A stretch of 62,254 nt of DNA, filler included, from Candidatus Nanoarchaeia archaeon (GTDB lineage: Archaea; Nanobdellota; Nanobdellia; Woesearchaeales; DATDTY01), in the NCBI GenBank assembly GCA_035290625.1. It is 3 parts of 3 records of this genome, joined end to end, with 100 filler letters (N's around TTAATTAATTAA, not from the genome) between each part and the next. Parts side by side here need not be neighbours in the genome. Positions count along the whole stretch, not along the records: positions 39,226 to 62,254 come from DATDTY010000058.1; 2 more parts are not named here. One strand, 5' to 3'. The translations under genes and the position numbers were made by a program. This document shows, piece after piece, positions 40,234 to 50,610 of this stretch. Each line of letters opens with the position of its first letter. The first letter of the stretch is position 1. The notes under the pieces were generated by a model, which saw nothing but the letters and a program-made list of their open reading frames with translations, made no database searches and had not been told where the DNA came from.

Positions 40234-40989
40234 ATGAAAGACCAGTTTGAGAGCGCAAAAAGGGAATTAGAGGGAATTTTAAGCAGAGAATGGAGTCTTA
40301 GAGGTTCAGCTCCAGATGAACGTAGGAGTCAATTAAGACAAATATATCCAGACGATACCGACGCCGAAATCGAAGATAAGTTGACGTGGGGAAACCCATA
40401 TTATTTTAGGAAAGAGGCTCCTGAATTTAGAACTCGAGGAACAAACCAAATGATTTTAGGATTAGACCAAGGTTATGTTGGAAAAACTCGGTTATACATA
40501 GAAACATCTAACCATTATGTTCTGTATGCAATCCGTATCTATGAGCCAGATTTGGGTAAAACATTAGAAATACTGGAAGGACTGGGATTTGATGTTCCAG
40601 AGCATCATTACGTCGGAATTGAACATAAAGATGGAAATTTCAAGGTTGAAGATGGAGACTTTGGATTTGTAATTGCTCATGATTTAACAGAGAATGGAAA
40701 ATACAGAGTCGAAGATGTGGAAGGCAAACATTTCGAAACTTTGTCAAATGGAGCAGAATTGAGACAACAATTAATTGATGCCTCAAGAATTTTACAAGAA
40801 ATTTATGATAAGAAAAATCCATTATATGCAGGGGAAGTCAATGGTCATGTTACAGATGAAGGACCTCAGGAAGCATTTAGACATATGTTTTTTACTCAAA
40901 TTGACTCAACTGCAAACACAGGAAAATTGGTGTTAGGTGATTTAGACCATGTAATTCTATATCGAAAGCCCCAAGCCCCTTCAAAGTAA
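40234..40989 (+). CDS. Hypothetical protein (AT-rich gene)
   Basis: 251-aa ORF, no confident family. Confidence 0.7.
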   Translation: MKDQFESAKRELEGILSREWSLRGSAPDERRSQLRQIYPDDTDAEIEDKLTWGNPYYFRKEAPEFRTRGTNQMILGLDQGYVGKTRLYIETSNHYVLYAIRIYEPDLGKTLEILEGLGFDVPEHHYVGIEHKDGNFKVEDGDFGFVIAHDLTENGKYRVEDVEGKHFETLSNGAELRQQLIDASRILQEIYDKKNPLYAGEVNGHVTDEGPQEAFRHMFFTQIDSTANTGKLVLGDLDHVILYRKPQAPSK

Positions 40990-41043
40990 TAGCCCTCTTT
41001 CTCAATTGCAACTAACTAGTATCTCCTATAATCCTCGTAATAT

Positions 41044-41955
41044 TTAACACAATCCCCCATAATCCTTATCCACCAGCACATGCCCTTTCTTCCATAATGC
41101 GACAGGAGCATTGTTGAGGATGCAGAGGGTTACATTTGGCATACCAATAAGTTCTCTGTCTTCGTATTCATTTGCGAGGATCCCTATACTTCCCTGTTTG
41201 CATTTTTGGCGCTCAACAATCTTTCTCTTTGCTTTTGCATTGGGGATGCTAAGCTCCTCTGAGGTTATGCTTCCGTCCTCTTTGCATTTTACCCTATTTG
41301 AGTGGAATGAGGAGCATGGGATCAATGAGGCATAGGCATGAACTCCTCCATTCTTCTCTGAGAAGCTCTGTGACATGCAGAGTATCTCCAGCCTTGGATT
41401 GAGCTTTTTTGTGCCAAGGAAAAGCTCCTGTACTCCCGGATAGAGGCTTCTCTTGAGCTCTTGTTTTGAGTAGAAATACCCTCTGAAATGGATATTGTTC
41501 CTCTTCATCACAGAGATAAAACGTTTTATCAGATGCTCATTGCTGATATGCCAAAAACCAAGGAAGTTGCTGCCATTTCGGACAAAGCGGCAGAGGTACA
41601 TGTATGTTCCAGCAACTGCTAATGAGGCCAGTGTTCTCCAATGCCTTTTTTCTTTTGACAATCTCCATCTTTTTCTTGCAAAAGACCTAAAAACTATTTT
41701 AAGAGCATCCTTTGTAGTTTCTATTTTTCCGATTCCTTTGTAGGCTGCGCCAAAAAAACACCTAAAAAAGTAATCAATGAATATCCTGTTTGCGATACCA
41801 ACCGTATAATGCGGGGCTATGGTGTCATCAATATCCACCACAAGAAGATCAAGGCTGCTGAGGCGCTTCCCAATCTCTGCTTTGGGCAGTTTAGAATATG
41901 CATTGTTTCCAAGGCTTCTAGGGAAATAGTATCTCCTGAGCAGTTTTGCTATCAT
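41044..41955 (-). CDS. HAD-superfamily hydrolase-like protein with membrane segment
   Basis: Start MIAKLL; motif I LVVDIDDT, LYPGV.EL, motif II LCMS, K, NEYED. Confidence 0.65.
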   Translation of the reverse strand: MIAKLLRRYYFPRSLGNNAYSKLPKAEIGKRLSSLDLLVVDIDDTIAPHYTVGIANRIFIDYFFRCFFGAAYKGIGKIETTKDALKIVFRSFARKRWRLSKEKRHWRTLASLAVAGTYMYLCRFVRNGSNFLGFWHISNEHLIKRFISVMKRNNIHFRGYFYSKQELKRSLYPGVQELFLGTKKLNPRLEILCMSQSFSEKNGGVHAYASLIPCSSFHSNRVKCKEDGSITSEELSIPNAKAKRKIVERQKCKQGSIGILANEYEDRELIGMPNVTLCILNNAPVALWKKGHVLVDKDYGGLC

Positions 41956-41960
41956 CGAAC

Positions 41961-43031
41961 TTAAGAAACCTTCTTCGCCGGTATTCCTCCCCATACCTCT
42001 CCATCGGGAACGTCCTTGTTCACAAAAGAGCCATCGAGGATCTTGCAGTTCTTTCCAACCCTTATTCCCGGGTGTACCAGAGCAAATTCTTCGATGATGC
42101 TGTTGTCCCCAACATCTGCCATTCCGCACCATACCCTTTCTACGGTGAAGGAGTGTGTTCCGATATATACGCGCTTCTTCAGCTCAACATTCTTTCCAAT
42201 GGTAACCAGTTCAGGATAGATATGGTCAATATATGCGCCTCTCCTGATCTTTGCGCTCAGTGCGATCTTTGCTCCTGTTAAACGGAGCAGGAGGTTTTTC
42301 CACAGCCCTGCAGGAAACAAGCCGCAGAATTCAATGATCGCCGAGGTCCAGTAGATCCTGAATATTGAGCGCACTTTATACCAGTCATCCCCAGCATTCA
42401 TCCTTTCTCCATTATAACGGACGATCAGCAGCCTCTCCTTTGAGTTCCGAATAAACCCCCTGATCTGTTTTCTGCTTGTTTTGTAGTAGCCAGGCTCATA
42501 ATGCACTTCATCCCAGCCTGGCTCAAAATCCTTGATCTTTCTTGGAGTTTCTCCACCACCCCAGAACTCATTGTTTACAACCTTCTGATTGGTAAGGTTG
42601 GTATGCATGCCGATAAGGTTGTGGTCTCCCATCTCCACTGGCCCGAACACCGGAGAGTCTCCTCCAACAAGATTTGATTCTCCAATCTGTACCTTTCCAA
42701 GGATGAGTTTGCCATCTTTGATTGCATGATTCCAAAAATGAGTGTAGCCGCCTATAAGTGTGCCATCTCCTACTTTTGTCAGCTCAGGAAACCACCAGTC
42801 AAACAGGACATCCATGGGAAGGCAGACATCCTTTCCCAGCTTTACTCCTGAAAGCCTGTAAAGAGTGTTCTTGAATTTGCTTGGAGGGACTTTTCTTAAA
42901 CATTGGAATAAAATGAATCTTAGAAAGACGAGAAGCCTGTTTCTCGGAGGCAGCTTTTTTGAATAAGGAATCTCCAGGGATATCTTGTCTGAGCTGATGA
43001 ATCCTTGGATCTCTGATTTGAGCGAATCCAT
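41961..43031 (-). CDS. Tandem left-handed beta-helix acyltransferase (two YvoF-like domains)
   Basis: Two copies of KN.L.RL.G.K....D..(F/Y)PEL..(V/I)G with hexapeptide repeats; ends VNKDVPDGEVWGGIPAK. Confidence 0.85.
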   Translation of the reverse strand: MDSLKSEIQGFISSDKISLEIPYSKKLPPRNRLLVFLRFILFQCLRKVPPSKFKNTLYRLSGVKLGKDVCLPMDVLFDWWFPELTKVGDGTLIGGYTHFWNHAIKDGKLILGKVQIGESNLVGGDSPVFGPVEMGDHNLIGMHTNLTNQKVVNNEFWGGGETPRKIKDFEPGWDEVHYEPGYYKTSRKQIRGFIRNSKERLLIVRYNGERMNAGDDWYKVRSIFRIYWTSAIIEFCGLFPAGLWKNLLLRLTGAKIALSAKIRRGAYIDHIYPELVTIGKNVELKKRVYIGTHSFTVERVWCGMADVGDNSIIEEFALVHPGIRVGKNCKILDGSFVNKDVPDGEVWGGIPAKKVS

Positions 43032-43058
43032 GCCTTTTTCCTCTGAATCTGGTAATCC

Positions 43059-43319
43059 TCACTCACTTATCAAATATTCTTTTATTTCCTTTAGTCTTTC
43101 TTTATTAAGCTGAATTGCTTTTTTGCTTTTGCTGTACCATACCAAAAAACCTTTTCTTAGTAATGACTCAACAGCTTCCTTCAGGCTTTTTATTTCGTGC
43201 GGAGGAATTCCGCTCAGGATATTCTCATATCGTATATGTTTGCTTCCAATAATTCTTTTTCTTAGCATCTTCTCGAGCAGGTATTTTTCAAAGGATTCTG
43301 TCATCTTCTTATGGCTCAC
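43059..43319 (-). CDS. Small basic protein, winged-helix-like
   Basis: 86 aa; IGSKHI...SGIP.H...KEAVESLLRKGFL. Confidence 0.6.
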   Translation of the reverse strand: MSHKKMTESFEKYLLEKMLRKRIIGSKHIRYENILSGIPPHEIKSLKEAVESLLRKGFLVWYSKSKKAIQLNKERLKEIKEYLISE

Positions 43320-43411
43320 TCACCTTCTAATATAAGGGTTTCTTATATCATGATACTTTGAAAGGCTCAAAATAGCAACATTTATAAATAATTCCGGTTT
43401 ATTGAAATGCT

Positions 43412-43756
43412 ATGGAAATCAAGACTTTAGAAGGGCCTAGTGCATTCTTACATGTCCTTGGAGACTCCCCTAGGAATCGGATCTTGGATTTTCTTCTTGG
43501 AGAAACTGAGCACGATTTTACTCTCAAGGAGATTGCAGTAAAGAGCAGAGTAGGCTATGCCACTATCAAAAGAATATGGGAGAATTTCATAGAATCAGAT
43601 TTGGTCAAGGCAACACGAAGAGTCGGAAAGGCGGTATTCTACAAATATAACAAAGAGAGCATCAGCGGGAAAGCGCTTCGAAGGTTTTACCTGGAGATTC
43701 TCTTTACTGAAGCTGAGAAGGAAGCTAAGTCTGAACAGAAGGTTACTGTTCGATGA
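43412..43756 (+). CDS. Winged-helix (ArsR-like) transcriptional regulator
   Basis: GDSPRNRILDFLL....FTLKEIA.KS.V.Y.T....L...DLV..TRRVGKA.FY; TATA at 43381. Confidence 0.8.
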   Translation: MEIKTLEGPSAFLHVLGDSPRNRILDFLLGETEHDFTLKEIAVKSRVGYATIKRIWENFIESDLVKATRRVGKAVFYKYNKESISGKALRRFYLEILFTEAEKEAKSEQKVTVR

Positions 43757-43813
43757 ATCCTTTCTCATAATCTTTATAAACTTCTGCCTACTTGTAAGCA
43801 AGTGGGTGGTACT

Positions 43814-44803
43814 ATGCTTGACTTGATGAAGATTGTTCGGGAAAAGGCGAGAAAGGCAAGGAAGAGGATATGCATCGCAGAGGCAGAGGATGAAAGGGTA
43901 TTAAGAGCTGTTGATGCGCTTGTGAAGGAAAAGATTACGGATATTGTGCTGATAGGGAATGAAAAGAAGATACGGGAGCATGCAAAGGAGTTTAAGACGA
44001 ATCTTGGCAGTTCGGAAATTATTGACATCCAGAGCTACAAGGACAAGGATATCCTTGTTACTGAACTCTATGAGCTGAGGAAGCATAAAGGCTTAAGCAG
44101 GCAGCAAGCCAAGAAGCTCCTTGAGGACTACAACTACTTTGGCTGCATGCTGCTGCATGTTGGGAAGGTGGATGCTTTTTGCTCAAGCTGTGTCTGCTCT
44201 ACTGCTGAGCTTATGAGGCCTAGTTTGCAGGTCATCAAGACAAGAGAGGGAATCTCAACTGCTTCTGAAATTATGGTGTTTATTGACAGGAAGAAGGACA
44301 GGGTTTTCTTTGCCTCTGACGGAAGCATTGTGATTGAGCCTACAGCAGAACAGCTGGCAGATATCGCCTTGAATGCAGCGGATGTGTGCAGCTCATTTGG
44401 CTTTGAGCCAAAGGTTGCGATGCTTTCCTATTCAACACACGGCTCAGGAGAGCATCCGATCCTTACGCCAATCAGGGAAGCTATCAAGATCATAAGAGAG
44501 AAGAAGCCTGGGCTGATTATTGATGGAGAGATCCAGTTTGACGCTGCGACAAATCCTGTCTCTGCAAAGAGGAAATGCCACAAAGGAGATGTCTTGAAAG
44601 GAGAGGCAAATGTCCTTGTCTTTCCAAATCTAAGCGCAGCCAACATTCTTGGCCATGCCTGGATACAATTGGGTGTTCCAGAATACCAGTTCGGGATATC
44701 TGCTGGCATGAGAAAGCCGATTGTGATTTACGGAAGAAGCGCTACGTGGGAGAAGATACGGGATCTTACCATACTTGCACAGATGGAGGCGAATATGTTT
44801 TGA
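43814..44803 (+). CDS. pta: Phosphate acetyl/butyryltransferase (PTA_PTB) family protein, atypical active site
   Basis: AEAEDERVLRA, PKVAMLSYST.GSG, IDGEIQFDAA, ANVLVFPNL..ANI; C-terminal DLSR motif altered to IYGR. Confidence 0.85.
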   Translation: MLDLMKIVREKARKARKRICIAEAEDERVLRAVDALVKEKITDIVLIGNEKKIREHAKEFKTNLGSSEIIDIQSYKDKDILVTELYELRKHKGLSRQQAKKLLEDYNYFGCMLLHVGKVDAFCSSCVCSTAELMRPSLQVIKTREGISTASEIMVFIDRKKDRVFFASDGSIVIEPTAEQLADIALNAADVCSSFGFEPKVAMLSYSTHGSGEHPILTPIREAIKIIREKKPGLIIDGEIQFDAATNPVSAKRKCHKGDVLKGEANVLVFPNLSAANILGHAWIQLGVPEYQFGISAGMRKPIVIYGRSATWEKIRDLTILAQMEANMF

Positions 44804-44816
44804 TGCTGGAGGAGTC

Positions 44817-46250
44817 ATGAAACCAACCAAAAAAGAAGTATTTGAGCAAATCAATAAGAAATGGTATAGGCAAGGCTTTAATTGCACGCCGCTGCTGCTA
44901 GGGCCATGCGGCTCCAGCGGCATGGATCTTAAGCCCACTTTGGGAGATACGATGCGTTCATTCCTTTATGAATTTAAGAATGACTATGGCCTTGCTTGTT
45001 ATTCTTCTGAAGACCTTGATCGGCTTGGAGCTGTCATCCTAGGGAAAATAAGGTCAGAGCGCGATTTTCTTAAGAATGTTCGGAAAGAGTATGAAAGGAC
45101 ATTTAAAACTGCGCTTGGTGAGATTACTCCATCAATACGGTCCCTGTCATCATTTTCAGACAAGGAGCTCATACAACTTCTAGCCAACTCAGTTGCTACC
45201 ATACGCTTGAGTGTCGGGCAGGCCCATATCATAGAGCCTTTTGCACTTACAACTGACCATTTCATCAAGAAGAAGCTTCGCAACTATATCAAAGATGAGA
45301 AAAAACTGAACCTATGCCTTTCAGCCTTATCGCAGCCCATCAAAAAGTCCTTTATCAATGAAAGTGAAGAGGAGCTCTATGCCCTGTCGCTTATCAAAGG
45401 CAAAGACAAACGAGCAAGAGCTATAACTATCTATCTTAAGCGGTTCTTCTGGATCAGGAACAGCTATGCAGGAAGAGTAAAGAGGACTGTTTCCGACATT
45501 GAAAAAGAGCTGGAATCACTGGGGAACTTTCAGCCTCTGGATACTGTGAAAATAAAGAAGGAGAAGAGAGAAATCATCAAAGAGCTTAAGCTTGATACAG
45601 ATTTGATACTCCTTCTCGAAACCTCTGATTTTATGACAGAATGGCAGGATAAGCGGAAGAAGAACATCCTGACCGCAATTGACCCTATGGAAGCGGTTCT
45701 TGAAGAACTCGCCTCCCGGCTTTCTATTGATGTGAGCCTTTTAAGATACTTGTCTGAGTATGAGCTGGATGAGAACCTCCTTACCAACAAGAAGCTCAAA
45801 GCGACTCTGCAGGAGCGAAGGAAAGGCTGTATTTATTTTACTGCCGGAAATGGCTTTATTTTTCTTACCGGAGAAGACTATGCACGCTTTCATAAACAGG
45901 TGGGAGATGCTGACAAACAATTTTCAGAAGCAAAAGACATTCATGGGCTTACTGCATCATCAGGAACTGCTGTTGGGAAGGTCATGATCTGCAAGAGCAT
46001 ACAGGATATCTCTCATTTTGTCAGGGGAAGCGTTCTTGTGGCATCTATGACAAGGCCTGAATACCTTCCTGCGATGAAGAAGGCTGTTGCCATTGTTACT
46101 GATGAAGGAGGGATCACTTCGCATGCAGCTATTATCAGCAGGGAGCTTGGCATACCCTGCATCATTGGAACGAAGAATGCCACAAAAATCCTGAAGGATG
46201 GCATGCTTGTTGAGGTCAAGGCGAATCACGGGCTTGTGAGGATACTATGA
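44817..46250 (+). CDS. PEP-utiliser mobile (phospho-His swivel) domain protein, paralogue 1
   Basis: C-terminal [50 protein letters not shown] before ATG 44817. Confidence 0.9.
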   Translation: MKPTKKEVFEQINKKWYRQGFNCTPLLLGPCGSSGMDLKPTLGDTMRSFLYEFKNDYGLACYSSEDLDRLGAVILGKIRSERDFLKNVRKEYERTFKTALGEITPSIRSLSSFSDKELIQLLANSVATIRLSVGQAHIIEPFALTTDHFIKKKLRNYIKDEKKLNLCLSALSQPIKKSFINESEEELYALSLIKGKDKRARAITIYLKRFFWIRNSYAGRVKRTVSDIEKELESLGNFQPLDTVKIKKEKREIIKELKLDTDLILLLETSDFMTEWQDKRKKNILTAIDPMEAVLEELASRLSIDVSLLRYLSEYELDENLLTNKKLKATLQERRKGCIYFTAGNGFIFLTGEDYARFHKQVGDADKQFSEAKDIHGLTASSGTAVGKVMICKSIQDISHFVRGSVLVASMTRPEYLPAMKKAVAIVTDEGGITSHAAIISRELGIPCIIGTKNATKILKDGMLVEVKANHGLVRIL

Positions 46251-47668
46251 CGTGGACTGTCTACACAAGAGGGGCTATCCCTCTTTATCGATTATCGTGC
46301 GCAATCAAGGCAATTCATGATCTTGCCACAGAACTGAACGGGTCTTATTTTAAGTCTATCCTCTATGCAACTGAAGGTGATTCCTTTTGGTGGGCGTGGG
46401 ATACCAAGGAGATTGAAGGACTGGGAATGCACATCCTAGGGAAAACAAAAACAGAGAAGGGCAGGAAAACACATTTCAGCGCGATGAAGCGTTATTTTGA
46501 TAAGGCGATTACGTCAGCAGAGAGGGTAAGAACCCTTGACCTTGCCAAGCTTGGTGATGAAGACATCATCAAAGAGTACAGTGTGCATTATCATGAATCC
46601 AGCTTTGCTCACACATTAATGGACACTGATGTTGATGCTATCGATGTCCTTCCCGCAGAGATCCTCAAACAAAAGATAAAAGAAGCTCTGCCTAAATCGA
46701 CAAGTGAAAAAGAATTCATTGAAGCCTATACTACCCTATCAACTCCTGCCCACACCTCCTATATCCTTGAGGAGGAGAATGAGCTCTTAAAGGTAATCCT
46801 GAGAAAAACAACTCTTGCCAAGGTTATTGAGAAATACTGGTGGACAAGTCTCGGTTGGGAATGCATGACTCCCAAGTCAAAAAGCGATTTTCTTAAGTTA
46901 CTCCAAGAGCATCGGCGAAGTATAAAAGATCCTGAAAAAAAGCTGAAGGAGAACCAAGTGAATGTTCAGCGAATAAAGAAAGAACGTGATAACCTCCTAA
47001 AAAAATATTCTCTTTCTGAAGACATACAGAACCTTATAGAGCTCTTTGATACCTATGCGCGCTACCATGATCTGAGGAAAGAAATGCAGGTAAAGACAAC
47101 CTATTCTTTCTATCTTTTGCTGCAGGAGGTCGCAAAAAGGACCAAGCAGGATATTGATGATCTGGAATGGTTATGGCATGACGAGGTTTGCGATCTTCTG
47201 CGAACACGCAAATCTGATAAGCAGGAGATCAAAAGAAGAAAGCAGGCGCTTCTTGTGCTCTCTCTTGAAAAAGGAATCCGCACTTATTCCGGAAGGGAAG
47301 CGATACGTGTACGAAGAAAGGAACTTGATGAAACGGTTGCTGATGTTGATGAATTAAAAGGCATGGGGGTTTCACCCGGAATCGTCAAAGCCCGCGTCAA
47401 AGTCTGCAATGGATCAAAAGAAGCAGCTACATTAAAAAAAGGAGAGATTTTAGTCACAGGCATGACCCTGCCTGATTATGTTCCTGCTATGAAGAGGGCA
47501 GCGGCAATTGTCACTGACGAGGGCGGCATCACATGCCATGCAGCCATTATCAGCCGGGAGCTTAAAAAGCCGTGCATTGTCGGCACAAAGATCGCTACAA
47601 AGGTCCTGAGCAATGGAGACTTGGTTGAGGTGGACGCCAATAAAGGCATTGTCAGGAAAATAAAATGA
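46247..47668 (+). CDS. PEP-utiliser mobile domain protein, paralogue 2
   Basis: TDEGGITCHAAIISRELKKPCIVG; ATGA overlap. Confidence 0.9.
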   Translation: MTWTVYTRGAIPLYRLSCAIKAIHDLATELNGSYFKSILYATEGDSFWWAWDTKEIEGLGMHILGKTKTEKGRKTHFSAMKRYFDKAITSAERVRTLDLAKLGDEDIIKEYSVHYHESSFAHTLMDTDVDAIDVLPAEILKQKIKEALPKSTSEKEFIEAYTTLSTPAHTSYILEEENELLKVILRKTTLAKVIEKYWWTSLGWECMTPKSKSDFLKLLQEHRRSIKDPEKKLKENQVNVQRIKKERDNLLKKYSLSEDIQNLIELFDTYARYHDLRKEMQVKTTYSFYLLLQEVAKRTKQDIDDLEWLWHDEVCDLLRTRKSDKQEIKRRKQALLVLSLEKGIRTYSGREAIRVRRKELDETVADVDELKGMGVSPGIVKARVKVCNGSKEAATLKKGEILVTGMTLPDYVPAMKRAAAIVTDEGGITCHAAIISRELKKPCIVGTKIATKVLSNGDLVEVDANKGIVRKIK

Positions 47669-49029
47669 AAAAAACAATTATCCTGGACAGAATAAGCGGC
47701 ATCGATGGGTGCATCTATCTAACTTCTCCTATACCTCAGCTTATCTCCTGGTCGAATAAGCTCTTCAGGCTTCAATTCGGAGATTATGCTATTGGCTTTC
47801 ATGACGAAAGGAATTGCGATGAGTACGTTAGTTTCGAGTATTTTAGGAAACAATCTGAGCTGCTTGCGCAGATGTTCCTGAAGGCAGAGCTTACGTTTCC
47901 TTTTTTCTCCAATGTGCATAAAAACCTCCTAAAAGGGATTTCTCTCCTGGACACGCTTGCCAAACAGAAACTCAAGGGACTTCGCAGTCTACCTGACAGG
48001 GAATTGATTGCTTCGTATACTGTTTTCATGAAGGACTATACCTATTATTACGGTTGGGGAGCCATCACGTTCATCTATGAGCAGACACTTGCAGAAATGC
48101 TTGCCTCAGAGCTCCAGTCCCATGTTAAGAACCCTTCTGAATCTATTATGAGTTATATCCATTCCAAGAATAAGAGGTATGAGAGCTTTATGCTCCGCTA
48201 TGACAAGGCTATCGGCAAGCTTAGCAAGAAAGACGATAAGAAGCTCAGGCATGGCCTGATTGAGAACTTTTACTATATTAAATCCAGCTATTTTGATGCT
48301 CCTGTGCTTGATAACCCTTCTATTGATAAGGATATCAGAGAGTTTACTTCACATAAGAAAAAAGTGGCTGCTTCCAAGGTTGACATCAAACATCTATCAC
48401 AGAGAGAGAAAATAATGCTGAGGATCCTTGCAGCCTCTCTTCCTCTGCGGGATACCAGAAAGCAGCTGAACCTTATCGGAGACTTTATCATGATGCGATT
48501 TCTTGAGGAAGCTCTTAGGAGGAAGGGCATCCTGGATAAGCTTGCTCTCTTCAAAAGGATCTTTTGGCCTGAGTATAAAGAAATCTTTGATAATCCCGGA
48601 AAACTGGAATCAAGGCTGAAAAAGCGAACAGCAGCAACGCTTTACATCAATCCAAAGAGCGAGAAATTCTATCTTGGCTATCTCGCTGTGAAGGAACGCA
48701 GTTCTGGCGCAGGGGAATTGAAAGGCCTGGTTGCGTCAAAAGGAAGGGTTACTGGAAGTGTTCGGGTGATCCATGGCTCTCTGGATTTTCATCTCTTTCA
48801 GAAGGGAGAGATACTGGTTACTGACGCAACACGGCCTGATTTTGTTCCGATCATGAAGAGGGCAAAGGCAATCCTCACCCAGGAAGGTGGGCTTACTTCT
48901 CATACAGCGATCGTGAGCAGGGAGCTTCATATACCTTGTATTGTCGGGATACCTGGAGTAACTGTTTTGCTGAAAGATGGGGATAGGGTTGAAGTAGACG
49001 CCAATAAAGGAGTGGTGAGGAAAGTATGA
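47665..49029 (+). CDS. PEP-utiliser mobile domain protein, paralogue 3
   Basis: TQEGGLTSHTAIVSRELHIPCIVG; ATGA overlap. Confidence 0.9.
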   Translation: MKKTIILDRISGIDGCIYLTSPIPQLISWSNKLFRLQFGDYAIGFHDERNCDEYVSFEYFRKQSELLAQMFLKAELTFPFFSNVHKNLLKGISLLDTLAKQKLKGLRSLPDRELIASYTVFMKDYTYYYGWGAITFIYEQTLAEMLASELQSHVKNPSESIMSYIHSKNKRYESFMLRYDKAIGKLSKKDDKKLRHGLIENFYYIKSSYFDAPVLDNPSIDKDIREFTSHKKKVAASKVDIKHLSQREKIMLRILAASLPLRDTRKQLNLIGDFIMMRFLEEALRRKGILDKLALFKRIFWPEYKEIFDNPGKLESRLKKRTAATLYINPKSEKFYLGYLAVKERSSGAGELKGLVASKGRVTGSVRVIHGSLDFHLFQKGEILVTDATRPDFVPIMKRAKAILTQEGGLTSHTAIVSRELHIPCIVGIPGVTVLLKDGDRVEVDANKGVVRKV

Positions 49030-50609
49030 ACTGGAAGGACGTCCCGGAAATCCGCGTATCTGATGTTTTCAACGAACGCATTCTTAAGAACCGAAACTGG
49101 TACGAGAAAAGCTGGGGCGGAGTCCTCCATCCTCTCTTTATTGTGGGATATGGTGTTGTCCCCCTGCTAAATCAAAGGGTTAAGGATAGCTTTCCCATCG
49201 GAATCTGTTTTGTCCATAATGATAAGATGCGGTGGTTGTGGGACACCCGAGATATTGAGAGAATACGGGTTCGTATTTTGAACCTTCTTTCCGATAATCC
49301 CTCTTCTGTTTATGGTTGGGTTGATGCATGGAAGCAAGATTGGAAGGAATTCATTGCAGTGTGCTCTGCTCTTGAAAAAACTTCATTGCAAGAACTGACT
49401 GATGCAGAGCTCTCTGCAGCCTATGAGCAGCTTGTTGATGCATATATTCAAGAGAGCAGCCTTCCCTATCTGACAGACTCTTTCCTTGCTTCCGGAAAAA
49501 CAGACTGGCTTGTAGATATGATCACAGAGGAAATACAGGATAAGGTTTCTAAAGAAAATATTGCTTCAACTCTGGCTTGCCTTACAGCTCCTGTGCATAC
49601 CTCCTTTTCCCAGGATGAGCGCATAAGCCTCTTATCATTGGCAGAAAAATTAATTCGTAAAAAAGATACCAGGGAGGTCCTTAACACATGCAACTCCGAA
49701 GCCGTTCTTCGTTCTGTTAAGAAATACCCTTCCTTGCTCAAACTCCTCAGTGATCATGTTTCGCATTTCTATTGGGTTGAAAACAGTTACTATGAAGCCC
49801 CTTTCCTTGACGAATCCTATTTCCTCAAGACTATCTGCGAACTTTCCAAGACCTCTGATATCCTTTCTTCCTATCGTAAAGAGGCAGGGCTCTGCTTGGA
49901 GAACAAAAAGCGCAAGCAGGCCTTATACAAAAAATTAAAAATATCTGAAAGGCTCAGGTCCATCATAACCCTGTCAGAAGATTTTTCTAAATGGCAGGAT
50001 ACAAGAAAATCATGCGTGTTCCGTGTCAATCACTTTATCTTTAGGATACTGGATGAGATGGCAAGCCGCCTGAAGCTGCCTCCTGCGGAACTCTATTATA
50101 CCATCCCATCCGAACTTCAATCTGTTTTTCTGGATAGGAAGTATGACCGAAAGAAACTGCAGCTGCGGAGATCAGAAGGCTGCGCGTTTGCCTTTACAGC
50201 TAAGGGCTGGAGGCTGTTTGAGGGAAAAGAATACCGGGGAATCGACCAGGATATCTTCTTTGGAAACCCCGGTCAAAGAAAAGTCCTCAAAGGAGTTCCT
50301 GCATCTCCCGGAAGCGCCAAAGGAACCGTACGTGTTGTGTTTAAGCCCCATGAACTCAGGAACGTGAAAAAAGGAGAGATTATTGTCACCAACAACACTA
50401 CTCCTGATTTTGTTCCTGCGATGAGGAGGGCTGCTGCAGTGATTACCGAGCAGGGCGGCATCACCTCCCATGCAGCGGTTGTTTCAAGAGAGCTGAAAAT
50501 CCCATGCATTATCGGGATCAAGCAGGTTACGTATATATTGGAGGATGGGGATCTGGTTGAGGTGGATGCAAGCCATGGTGTTGTAAAAATACTGAAGAAA
50601 TCCCGATAA
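49026..50609 (+). CDS. PEP-utiliser mobile domain protein, paralogue 4
   Basis: TEQGGITSHAAVVSRELKIPCIIG; ATGA overlap. Confidence 0.9.
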   Translation: MNWKDVPEIRVSDVFNERILKNRNWYEKSWGGVLHPLFIVGYGVVPLLNQRVKDSFPIGICFVHNDKMRWLWDTRDIERIRVRILNLLSDNPSSVYGWVDAWKQDWKEFIAVCSALEKTSLQELTDAELSAAYEQLVDAYIQESSLPYLTDSFLASGKTDWLVDMITEEIQDKVSKENIASTLACLTAPVHTSFSQDERISLLSLAEKLIRKKDTREVLNTCNSEAVLRSVKKYPSLLKLLSDHVSHFYWVENSYYEAPFLDESYFLKTICELSKTSDILSSYRKEAGLCLENKKRKQALYKKLKISERLRSIITLSEDFSKWQDTRKSCVFRVNHFIFRILDEMASRLKLPPAELYYTIPSELQSVFLDRKYDRKKLQLRRSEGCAFAFTAKGWRLFEGKEYRGIDQDIFFGNPGQRKVLKGVPASPGSAKGTVRVVFKPHELRNVKKGEIIVTNNTTPDFVPAMRRAAAVITEQGGITSHAAVVSRELKIPCIIGIKQVTYILEDGDLVEVDASHGVVKILKKSR

Positions 50610-50610
50610 C

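Noticed and set aside
40234..40989. Possible degenerate kinase-like fold (LVLGDLD)
   Set aside because: No Gly-loop, catalytic Lys or HxD motif identifiable; left as hypothetical
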